Origin: Balanoglossus misakiensis
Taxonomy: Eukaryota > Animalia > Hemichordata
Assembly (NCBI GenBank): GCA_040954595.2
Contig: CM082582.2
Span: 4,014,303 to 4,078,302 of the forward strand
DNA: 64,000 nucleotides
Direction: 5' to 3'
The notes below the pieces were generated by a model that worked only from the letters and a program-made list of their open reading frames with translations, had not been told where the DNA came from and did not search any database. The translations under genes and the position numbers were made by a program. Shown here piece after piece: positions 24,149 to 36,400 of the stretch (the stretch's first letter is position 1; each line of letters starts with the position of its first letter).

Positions 24149-27100
24149 ATGGCAGACTGGGTCCATTGTAATTCATGCTTTCATCAACCAGGTGATGGAC
24201 GAAAGTTCTTTTTGACGAATTGTGGTCATATGTACTGTGAAAGTTGCGTCAAAGAAGGTAGGTGCATATGCAGTCACCATGCATGTTCGTTTGTGAAGAT
24301 ACAGCAATATTTCTTGTGCTGAGTTTAAAGAAACAGTAGAGAATGTTATTGTTTGATTGATTGATAAACCCTGATGGTTCAAGTCTTAGGTAGCAGGCCC
24401 ATGGGATATTATATGGAAATAACATTACCCTACTTCTCCACTTCGATTTCTATGCAAAACATTTCCTATATTGTTTTTTTCTTCTTCTACAGGAACTAGT
24501 AATAAATGTAAGATGTGTGGTAGCCCATGTTCAGCAATTGCTTTGTCCTCTCAGGTATACAGTAGTTTCTCAATATCACTGTACGCAATTATTCCACTAT
24601 ATGGAATTATATTTACACATAAACCTTGAACTTGAATCTTTTTTAACACTCATTTCAATGCTTACCAGTGTAATTGTATGTGGAAATATAAAAGGGCAAT
24701 ATATCAACTTCAAATTCAAATACTTCATGGACAACAATTTAAAGCCCGACCTTCTAATTTTCTCCAGATGAAACCAGATGTTGAGATCTTCTTTACTGAT
24801 CCAGCGGACATTGTTAAAAAGCAACAAAGACAACTCCTTCAGGTATGTCCATATTGTCCAGCAGTATTAATTGTGTGTTCACAGAGAGGTAGTGTGCATG
24901 ATCAAAAGCCCAAAAGCTGACACTTTTAGCAAGGTGTATTGGTATGTCACAGATATATGAACAGAAGCTCCCATAAACATAGACCATGATTAATAACATA
25001 TCTGATGATGGCTAAGTGAGAAAAAAGACCAGTTCTGTCAAACCAACAAAGACAGCTTGAAGGAGCCTGGACAAATGGGCCAGGTGCTCTTGCATTGAGG
25101 TTAAGAGACATTTTGGATGCAATCATTTGATGTAGGCTAAGGTATGATTTTTCGAAGCACATTTAATTCATTGCCGTTCTAAATGAATTTCTTTGTCTTT
25201 CTATAATAGGTGATGGACTTTCAGAAGAATCACAGACAAAGGCTAACAGCATATATGAAAGAAAAGGTAGGGACATGTTGAGAGAGAGAGTGTGATTGCA
25301 GACAAGTATCATACATCCATCCATTAATTTAAAGACAATCATAATCTGATGGTAGCTTTTATTTCTAAGATACAAATTTATTAGCAATTTAAATAAGTGA
25401 TGTTTCCAATTTTTCTATTCTTTCTCATTGTTTTTTGTCATTTCTTTATTTTCTGTTCAAGTGAGGTTGCATGTATTGTTGATAATTTTCTTGAGTTACC
25501 AGTGTGTTTGTTGAGTCAGTTGCGCATCTGAGAGGGCACACTGTATGGGTCTATACTTTTTCTAATGCAAAGTAAATCATGGAAACGTTGCGTGTTGATT
25601 GATTTTGGAAATTACCCTTAGCAGTTGTTGCTTAACAGTTTGAATCCTTCGGTATACCCTTAATTCTAACAGCTTTTGAAAACTACCAGCTAACCATGTT
25701 CAATGTTGGTTTACCATCATTTCTCTCTCATTCAGAACAAAAAGCAAAATGCAGTAATGGATGATGCAAGAAGGAAGCTTGACCAGTGGGAAGACTTAGA
25801 AAGGTGACAATACTATAACAGTTCCTGAAAAAGTGAAAGTTAATTGGGCAAAACCATGGTATTTGTTCCATGTGTGAAATTTTTTTCATCAGAATTCATT
25901 TGAAACATATAAATCATTAGTCAGACACCAATACCAAGCTTTTAACATTGGTGAAACATTAAACTTTTGATTTGAATAACCAGAATAATTTGTTACAGGA
26001 ACACCCAGGGTTGGTTCACAAACCCAAGCAAACCATCTAGATTGCATTTATGTTTGAATCCATATCTTTTTATTCTCATCTCAGGGAAATCTTGATATTG
26101 AAAGAAGAAAATTCTAATTTACGAAGGCTTCTCGGTCGTTCTCCAGGAACTAAATTATCTCACAGGTAAACTTTCAAAAATTATGATATCATTTTTATTT
26201 TCCAGAATCAAAATCTGACTGAAAATAGCAGAGCGCTTTATTCAGTCATGACCAATGGTATTGTAGTGAAGACTCTTTTTATGCTTGAAATATATCTTAC
26301 AATATCTTGAAACTTGAAATTGTTTCCTTCTTGTCTTTATTATTTGATCCTATGATCAATGATGAAATACATTAAGGCCAGTAGCCTACAGTCTATGAAT
26401 AAATTATTATTCTATATCTTACAATTAACAGAACAAAATCACCAGGGACTGGGCTGAGTCCATCACAAAAATTAACAGGCAAGTTTCTAGTGTTATACAG
26501 CTGTTATGTTAGAAACATCACAGTGGATAGTATCTGAAATCACAGTGTTCCTTGAATGAGGTTTCTCACTCTGGACAATTGTGGAATTGTTAAAAAAGTA
26601 ATCCTTTATTGATTTCTGGTACAAATGCATGTTACCAGTAATTGAGAACAAGTCACTACCCCTTGATAGTGTCCTACACGATGCCCTTGATGACAATGTG
26701 GATAGCTGTGTTGTTTTTTATCAGGGAGAACTCCATCACCATCCCAGCACAGCCATAAATCACCCTTTGCAGCATCCAGAGGAAACCATCCATCAACGTT
26801 AGTATAAATCACTTCAATACCTTCTGCATCATTCCCATTCTACCGTAAATAAATCTGCAATCATTCCTATCAGACTAAAATTTTCAAATACTGGTAGCTT
26901 GAATCTCCTACCCTATACTTTATGTATACAAACTTGATATAAAGGCATGCATTACGGTATGTTAGAGGTAATTATTTTTTATGTACTAGTTCTAAGACTA
27001 AATACATGTTATCTTTTACACAGCCCACAGAACAATACTGGTGATACACAAACATCACATGCTGTAAGTATCCAACACCAGTTAATGTTATTTTTAAATA

Positions 27101-29793
27101 AACTAACTAAAACGCTTGTGAATATTTCAGTACAGATTTATGTTCTTGGTGATATAATTGGATCTGGTACATTATGGAAAGTAATTGCAATGGGATATCA
27201 AAAGGATGGTTTTCTTTGCCTGTGTTACAAATTTTCATTTCAAATGTCTTCTTACAGGCTTTGGGACAATACACACCACAAGGTCCATCTCGAATTACAA
27301 TGAGAACACCACCTGTTGATGGTAAAATGGGTAAGTTACTGTTGTTTTGTTTGTTTACTTCAGACTTAATACCTGTCCATATATAATACAATGTATCAAA
27401 ATGGATAATATATAAATCGCATGAAAAACAACAACAAACAAACCCACACAGATTGTCTTAAAATAAGATAAGTGACCCCGCTATCACATGACATATCCAG
27501 CATCTCATTGCCATAGAACACTATAATAGTCTGCAAGCAACATTTTATTCCAGAGTATAGGCCTACTGACAAGAATCATGATGATATTCAAAAGTGTAAT
27601 AAGGATCATACCATGCTGAGTCTTAGTTTCTATTATTACAGGTACTCCACCAACACCAGTCAGAAATCTCCAACTGCAAACATCATCATCTTATGGAAGG
27701 TTAGTTTGAACTTGATTAGTGCCTATGGCAACTATTTTTCAGTCTTATTCTCATTGTAAACCAAACTGTTGTCTTTTTTCCCCTATCAATTTGTTTGTTT
27801 GTTTATGAGAATAAACTATTATTATTATGTCTTCTAATTTGTGAAAACTGACACACTATGCTAAAAAATGTGTATATATTGTATTGGACATAGAGTGAGA
27901 ATAGGGCATTATTCTTAACATATGTAAGAGTTGCAAAAAATAAAGCAGACACTTAGGAAGATTTTCATTCTAAGTACGCAAGGGCAGTTATATAAGTATT
28001 TGAGTTGGCTTAACAGCAATGAGTTCACACTACACATTTTTTTAAATAAATGAAATTGAAAATCACGGTACAAAACACCTGGTAGTATAAAAAAATTGCT
28101 TGATCCCTATTTCATCTTTTAGCAGACAAAAAGCTCCTACATCAGGTAGTTATGAAGTATGCACACCAAACAGATCAATGATGCCAATTAGGTCTTCACC
28201 CATGTCCATTAGCCCAGCAACAAGGTTAGTTCACCAAGTTTTAGTGTTCAGATCATCAAACATACATGCAGTAACAGCTTTTTCACTTCATTGGTGCGAC
28301 ACATGAAATCCAAAGATGTTGATACCCTATTACACCTACTGTGCCCTTGAGCAAACCATAGACCCTGAAGCGAACATGTCAGCTGTACTGCAACTTGGAC
28401 TGACATGAATGAAGTCAAGTTTTGTTTTTTTTAAAGTCGTTAATTCCAATGTTCTTCATGATCTGCAGAATTTCCACTGTGAGTGACATCAGTCATGGAA
28501 AGGATGGACAATACATGAGAACAACACCAAAGGAGCAGCATAATAGCCAAATATCATCCCAAGGTAATAAAAACTACTGCCACATTACTTTACAGAGGTT
28601 CTGTTAGATTTTTTTCCTATGTGTACTTAAACACGCATTCAGAATTTACTTTGCGTAAAATGCATCAAAATTGCGTAGGCAGTTGAAAGTCTCCAATAGA
28701 ACACCACTGCACATTGTTAATACAATTGTTCTGTTTCAGCTTATCACACCCCACCTTCACAAGTTGTTTATAACACTTGGGACCCGTCCAAGAGGCAGAT
28801 CCATGTAAGTGTACAAACATCTCTCTCCTGTTAAAGCATTTGACAAACTTGTTCTTTAGTGGCGGTTCTTTTATGCATTTATAAAAAGTCAAAACATATT
28901 ACGGTACAATGATTACCATAAACACTCCAGTTATTAGACTGCTCCATTAGTTCGACCGTCCATCATTCTTTGGATGATTAGGCCATATTAAAACAGGACC
29001 CCTCCTTCCATGTGAAGAGGGTGGGATTAATAGAATCTCACACTCCCAAGGACCTGGGATCGTATTTCTCACACGAGTTGGGGATTTTTTGTCCCACACG
29101 AGCCGCAGGCGAGTGCGGGACAAAAAGTATATTGTTGTTTCATGGCAACAGACGTATTCAATATCTTGTTCTCTTTTCAGTTGAGTTATCAACCACGAAT
29201 GCCAATTCTGTAAGTACGGTATATTTCTATAGTGCCTATCACCCTTATGACTACATTCACACCCTCACTCAACTTATAAGTATTTCCAACCACAGCTTTA
29301 CTGTACAATTATTTAGACCAGTTCATGTAAGAATGGAATATTTTTCAATTCAGCAACCTGTTTCAAGCTTCACATGAGAACGGTTTATAAACTGGTTTGG
29401 AAGTTTGTCCATCATGTCATTGGATAGGGAAAATTGAAGAAAATAGATAGAGAACATTGAAGAAAACCCATGAAAGTTATAATGCCGTATCAAAATATTT
29501 AATGTGGCAAAACTATCAGCAGCTTAACTGTGCATTTGACTCTTTTCTGTGTAAATTTATTTTGAGTTGACAGACACCCTCATTGTTAAACATGGCGTTT
29601 GCATTCACAAACCACACTGTCTATTGCCAAGTATGTAATAAGACCTTATTACGGGTACATGCATGTGAAACTCAAACAAACCTGCCACTTGCATGGAATA
29701 CTTCAAGTGAATCATTTGTTTTTCCTTCCAGGTCTGCTGCATTGTCTGATCCAAGCAAACAAGGCAAGAATAAATGAAGATATCTTCTTGTAA
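24149..29793 (+). CDS. RNF212: RNF212/Zip3-family meiotic RING SUMO E3 ligase, ~14 coding exons
   Basis: MADWVHCNSCFHQPGDGRKFFLTNCGHMYCESCVKE/GTSNKCKMCGSPC RING; MKPDVEIFFTDP...QVMDFQKNHRQRL coiled coil; GPSRITMRTPPVDGKMG resembles RNF212 GPARISMISPPQDGRMG. Exon phases were traced consistently; last exon (29732-29793) is less certain; RNF212 vs RNF212B not resolved. Confidence 0.85.
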
Positions 29794-30477
29794 GAACTGA
29801 TGACATCATGTACATATGAACATACAAGACATCAAGACTTGCTTTATTTGCATCAGTTACTTGTAGTACAGCTTACCAAGTTCAAACTGAAGGTGGAGGA
29901 TGTTGTCAAATTGTATTTGAAACTTTGGTGACACTTGCTTCATTTCCAGTGTTTAATTTGTCATTGACTGAAAATAGCAGTAAACTCGTTAAAGACGCAA
30001 GTTGTTTTAGCACTTTCAGTTACCAATTTGATTAGGTAATTGAGTAAACATATCCACAGAAAACAAAAAAACTTGTACCAGATAAATTTTGTAGAAAACT
30101 GACCAATTTATTAGTTGATATTGAAGTAATTACATGCCTTTTACAAAATAATTTGTACATCTGTTTTTAATATAAGAAAATTAAATCTTTTCACATAATC
30201 TTGAATATTTGTATTGATATGGTTATTTTTTTACTGTTTGTTACAAATATTTTTATCTACAGTTTATTATGGATACAGCCTTAAATCACGCAAGTATATT
30301 CTGACATCATTTATAATAACATAAAATCAAGCCACTGTCAGTCGGTCCAAAAGTGAAACAAATCATTTGTGATAAATACATGCAAGTCTCATAGAAAATT
30401 CAAATTTCTGTTCTTAAAATTCACTTCATATTATAAGGCAGTGAAAGTAATATAATCAGCTGATCTGTCAATATTTC

Positions 30478-33400
30478 CTAGATATCATCATCATCGTCGT
30501 CATCATCAGGGATAAAGTTGACTGGTGGTTGTGATTTCCTGCTTTCTGATGCGAGGCGTCTTCGAAGTTCTCTCACTTCTTTCAGCAGATCGTGTTCCCT
30601 TTTTTCAAATGTTTTCCTGCCTCGATCTAAAGAAACTGAAAAATGCATTTCTTTAGTAAGATTGAACTTGAAATATGGTAACAATTACAAATTGCCAACT
30701 GTCAGCTACATGCTATCATAGCTCATGAAGTAAATTTTCATTGGACAGTGTTACGACACCCGTTTTAGTTGTGTATGCTTGGTTGCTTGACATGACAAAA
30801 GGCCTTGTATTTCAATGGTAATTATAATATTATTTGGCCAGCAGGTGGTCACTGGTATAATGTGTGACCTCAAAATCCACAGGGATCACTTCTTGATACT
30901 GCATTGGTGAGAGAGCATGCCACTCTGAGCTGACATCACTGTTGTGCCATGACTTGGGATTTTGAGGTCTGACTGACTGGCCTTGCACAAGATTTTCTGC
31001 GTTTTCTGGTGAGGAACTGACTGTGGACAACGGACTTCTGTGAATAACGGACTTCTGTGCCTGCTCTATGATGCCAGTTTCTTCGCAACCTGCACTGTGG
31101 GACTGAGGACAGGCGGACATTTTACAAATTCCCTCTCGACCAAGCAGGGTAAAAAGGTAAAACTATAGAATAATTTTTATTGTATGCATTTTTTTTATCA
31201 ACAGAAGATAATGGTTTTGACGAAATATTTTTGTTGTTGTACAAAGAACTCCATTGTGTGCTCCTGGGTTATTTCCACTAAGAAGTAATTCTCAAGTCAT
31301 ACGAACTAGTTCCTGAAGCGTACAGGCAAACGTTCAGAAATGTACAAAAGCGGAATGACCAAACTCATGTTGAATTTGCCAGAGAAAACGAAAGCTTGTT
31401 TGATAGATGGTTAACTGCAAAGGGAGTTAATCAGAATTTTGATAAACTTAGGGAACTCATGTTGATCGAAGAGTTTAAACAATGTGTTCATTCTGATATC
31501 AACACTCATCTTGATGAGCATAAAGTTGACGTGTTGCATAAAGCAGCTACTTTGGCTGATGAATATGCTTTAACTCATAAACTTAGCTAAGAGTATTGAA
31601 AATAAACCTGTGAATTCTAAAATAAGGGGAGAAAGTCCGAATTCTGGAGAAAAGACTAAGGACATGTGCCTATTGTAAAAAGAAGGGGCATCTTATTTCA
31701 GAATGTTGGTTTTTGCAAAGGAAAGGGAATAAAGTTAAAGGAGAGAATTGGGTTATATTAATGTGCCTTTACACATGATAAATTTGCAGTCAAAATTAAT
31801 ATCAGGATCTGTTATAAAAGTTGGGGTGAGACCCACTTTGCCCATAAGAGGGTATTTCCATGTTACTAGGCAATGAACCTAGGCTAGTACTAATGGCAGT
31901 GTATGCCCTTGAAGCCAATATACATGTAATGTAATGTGTTTGTGGCATTGATACAGAAATTCTTCATGATGCAAGAAAATATCTAGTACTTGTACAGATA
32001 AATGGCTTACATAAATAACTTTGACAATCCAGATTTTTTTTTCAAAATCATTATTGCATGGGATAATATAAACACATCACTTACACAATCACAATTGCTG
32101 TATCAAGACAGTTACATATACAGTAAAGACTTACTTGGGACATCTGGTTCAGCAGGAGGACTTGTATCATTCAGACATGTATTCTCGGCTGTTGCACCTT
32201 GAACTCTACTGCTATCTGCTGCAATTGGTGTGGTTACTCCATGTTCTGTATGTTTATGTTTGACGTCTCGCAAACGTTCTGGAAAATTACACAATGTATT
32301 AATGACAACAGACTACACAGAATCCTACATCATCATTATATCTGGCGAGAAGTCTCTCATATCCAATCAGAGCAACAACTCTTATTTTAATTCAAAGCTT
32401 ATTCAACCATATTCAATGTTTACCACATGCAGACATGGCAAAATTGACAATGCTTCAGAGGCAGTACTTCTAATGGTTAGTGGTTAGTGTCTGTGAATGG
32501 CCATAAACAATTTGTTTCCCCATATTTTGATTTCTGTAAATAAATAAATAAAATTTGCCTTTGATCCAATTTATACCCTAATATCTACTGCTCCCTATCG
32601 ACATTACTGAGAAATTTACACCTGGCTAAGCCACACCTCCTCCATATAATAGCTGAACTGGCCCCTTGCTAATCGGGGTATATTTCAGAACAAAAGGGAT
32701 CACTTCTTCTATTCCAATGTTAGTTTTTTTCTCAGATTCTGCTCAACCCTTAGACTGCTGCATTACACCTGAAGTTTCCTATTCGGGAAGTAGATAAGTA
32801 GCCAATTCTTTTCTGTGTGAATTTCTTAGCAATGTGGATAAAAGACAGTAGATATAAAGGTAATTGTTATTTATGAAACGGAAACAACATTATGGTATGT
32901 GTACACAGATGCAATTCAAAGTATGTGCCTATCATTGTACTCACCAAATGATGCATCTAAAGATGCCCTCAACTCCTCAGCATGTTCTCTGGCTAAAGTT
33001 GCTTCTTCTTGTAACAAAGCCACTCTTCGTCTCTCGGAGGCTTCCGAGAGAGCTTTGAATTTATTGTATTGTTCCTGCTCATTCACAGCTTCTTCCAACT
33101 ACACGACCCAACATACAAATTAGAGAGAATTGAGATTTATATCAAGCCAATATAAAAATGGCACTGTAGTGTTAGACACAAAACATACACAGGCAGCAAA
33201 ATACAAGATGGCTGGGGCAAGGACTGTTGACAAGATCTTAATTTGTCCAAACAATTCTTTATGTATTGCTCATACTTACCGTGAATTGTGCTATACATTT
33301 GTTTCTCGTGGTATACCTGTCCAGCATTTCAATGAATTGTTCTTTCTCCCAAAACAAAAACGTAATCATAAAGTAAAGGCATATATGCTTAAATGTACTA

Positions 33401-36400
33401 ACCTTACTTTCTTCAACCTTTTTCATAAGTTCATGTATTTCTTCTTCAAGTTCTCTGTTCTGATCATTGAGTCTCGCTAACTACAAGACAAAATAATGAA
33501 AGATTTAAATACAGCCCTCTATAGCTCTGTTGCTTGAGTCAAAAATAATCTGACATATTGACATCTTGAGGCTAGTTTTTACAGAGCATTACTTAGTTCT
33601 ACCAGGGGCTCTTGGGTTTTTTCTATCTACAAGGTTTGGAGTTGCAATTCACTAAGGAAACTTATTTAGGATATTTCATATATTGACCCCAATGTTATGA
33701 GATTTCAATTCAACCCTACTTTCCAAGAGTGTGGTCTGATGCACACATATGAGCTAGGCACATTGCTGACTTACCTCAACAGATTTGAGTTCTTTTTCAA
33801 TGTCATCGAGTCGACCTCTTACTTCTGTCTCTTTCCTCATCTTGGCATCAGTTCCAAGTTGTTCTGTGTGTGCCAATGTTCTCTGCACACCCTGCAATAT
33901 GAGTTTAAATCAACCTTCACATTATTCAGAAAAAAACGAAGAACCTGTGCCTTTCAGAAAATAAGGTATGCCCCTTTAAATGGAAGCATAAGATACTGTA
34001 AAACAGGCAACTTTTACGCGACTATTTCGCATTCTTGTACTTCACTACATAGTTATCTCCGAAAAACATTTTTACGTCACTTTTTTATTTTCAGTCTTTT
34101 GGCTCCCGCATAGTGTAGATCACGAAAATTTGTTGTTTGCGAAAATTTCCCGTTTTACAGTACATGGTTGACATCAAAAAATATTTACAACTAATAAAAA
34201 CTGACTCGTGTTTTCCAAACTCATGTTTATTACAGTGCACACTAATACCTTTCTCTGTACACTTGATAGACATATTGACAATTTACAGTGGATGAAAAAG
34301 AATTCTGTGTTAATAGTTCTATACACCTCTAAAGATGCATGGATAGAAAATAGAAACTTCCTAAACCACCAAGCCAGGAAATATGGGGTGAGAACACCGC
34401 CAAAAATAGCCGATGTCTTTATTTGGTAGTTTTCTCATCATTATTATGTTATTATGTCATTATTTGGCCATTACCTTGGCCATTATTATGCCGTTATTTG
34501 GTTAGTTGGTATTTATGTCATGGTCTCGACATTACCTCGACCATTACCTAGGCCATTATTTGGTTCGCTCGACATTACCTCGGTCATTATTATGCCGTTA
34601 TTTGGTTAGTTGGCCGTTATTATGTCATTATTCAGTACCGATGTCTTTATTTGGAAGTTTTCTCATCATTACTATGCTATTATGTCATTATTATACCGTT
34701 ATTTGGTTATTTGGTATTTATGTCATGGTCTCGACATTACCTCGACCATTACCTCGGCCATTATTTGGTTCGCTCGACATTATTTGACCTGCTTTATTAT
34801 TTGAACTCTTGCTCGGTACCCAGAATTCATTGCACAAAATGGCGACGGTATGAAAGTTTCGCCGGCCGTGGCCGACGACGGTCTTGTAAACACAGGGTTC
34901 ATACGCTCCTGGAAACTCCTGGAATTTGAAACCCCTCCTGGAAACTCCTGAAATCTCCTGGAAATTCAAAATTTCTCCTTGAAACTCCTGGAAAACCGCG
35001 AGTCACGATCGCATTTCACCGGATCGTGAAACGCGTTGCCCATTTCACTCAGCGCACCAGTTATCTTTAGACAGGCGTCCTATAAATAGTATCATTGACG
35101 TAGTAATGCACAATTTGCAACAACTAACGCAGCTCAGCATTCCGGTCGCAACAAAATATCTAAAACTTGACAAAAGATGTAGCAACTTTTGTAAGAGGTC
35201 ATGCCATGTTTCTGCGCGTCTGCAGAATACTTGTGCAGGCGGCCGCGGCAGACACCCGTGAGATCGATGTTCAAGGGCAATTAGTGACGTCAAAAAGAAG
35301 CAAAAAAGGCAGACGTTTTTGTGTGTTTTTTCAGCAGCAAAACAGTAATTTCCATCGGTAATTTGTCGATTTTATCACGACAGAAATCATTGCTTTAGGG
35401 ACCGTTCTGTTTTTACGGCCGAGGGTGGGGGAGGGAGTGTCACTTAAATTTTAGCCAAATATATTAAATGATTTGGGAACCTAGGAGATCTCTTGGTGAA
35501 AATTGTTTTACTAGGCCTTCATGGGGAGGTCATTGAAATTTGTACTATCACAGTCAAAAGTCTTTAAATGATTTGTTAAACTAGAATAACAAGTGCATGT
35601 GAATGTAACAGTAATAGTAAATTTTTTTGTTGCGTAAAACATCCTGGAAAATGGCATTTTTACCACAAAAACTCCTGGAAAATTACTGGAAATCTCCTGG
35701 AAACTCCTGGAATTTTGAATTGCTCTAGGTGTATGTACCCTGAAACAGCACGCGTGGGTCAGGCCTCGAACTTAACGCCGGCCCACCGGCCCCGGGCAGG
35801 TAAATATTTATAGTGGGCCGGTTATTTTCACATCTTGTCGGCCCAATTGGGCCGGTGAATATACACAAATAAATCAGTAAAACATACTGAAGAATCAATA
35901 TTCTATTGTAAAAGTTATTTAGAAAGAAAGATTTCAAGAAAAAAAAACAAAGTTTTGTGTCTTTATATGCCGTTTTTTCTTATTTTATCGAAGATATAAT
36001 CGGCCGTCAACGCGCTGGCAGGGTTACGCGATTAAAGTTCATTGATTGATATGTAAATTAGGAGAAGCCAACGTACGCGCGCGTTGGTGAACCCGACCTG
36101 ACCCCTTCCACCCCATGCCCAGGCCATGCGCTCACTGCGTAAGCGTGTCTAAATATAGCTCGGATATATTTGCATAAATTACTGCTTTGTTCTTCTGAAG
36201 TTTGCCTGATAGAATAAAAATGAGTCTTAAAGTTTGGGTTTACTAAAACTTAGAAGGAAGTTTGTACTTAGTGTGTTATCAAAGTGGGAAAGGAAAGGAA
36301 AGGAAAGACAAGGAGTCTAATACAGTAGAACGTCGATTATCCGAACAGCTAGGGGGACAGGCATTTGGTTCGGTTATGCGATCGGTTCGGATACGCAAAC

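Noticed and set aside
30830-31120. 96-aa minus-strand ORF in TBC1D31 intron
   Set aside because: No homology recognised; lies in the presumed LTR/leader of the Gypsy remnant.
34430-34785. CRISPR-like repeat array
   Set aside because: Eukaryotic context and no unique spacers; these are transposon subterminal repeats.
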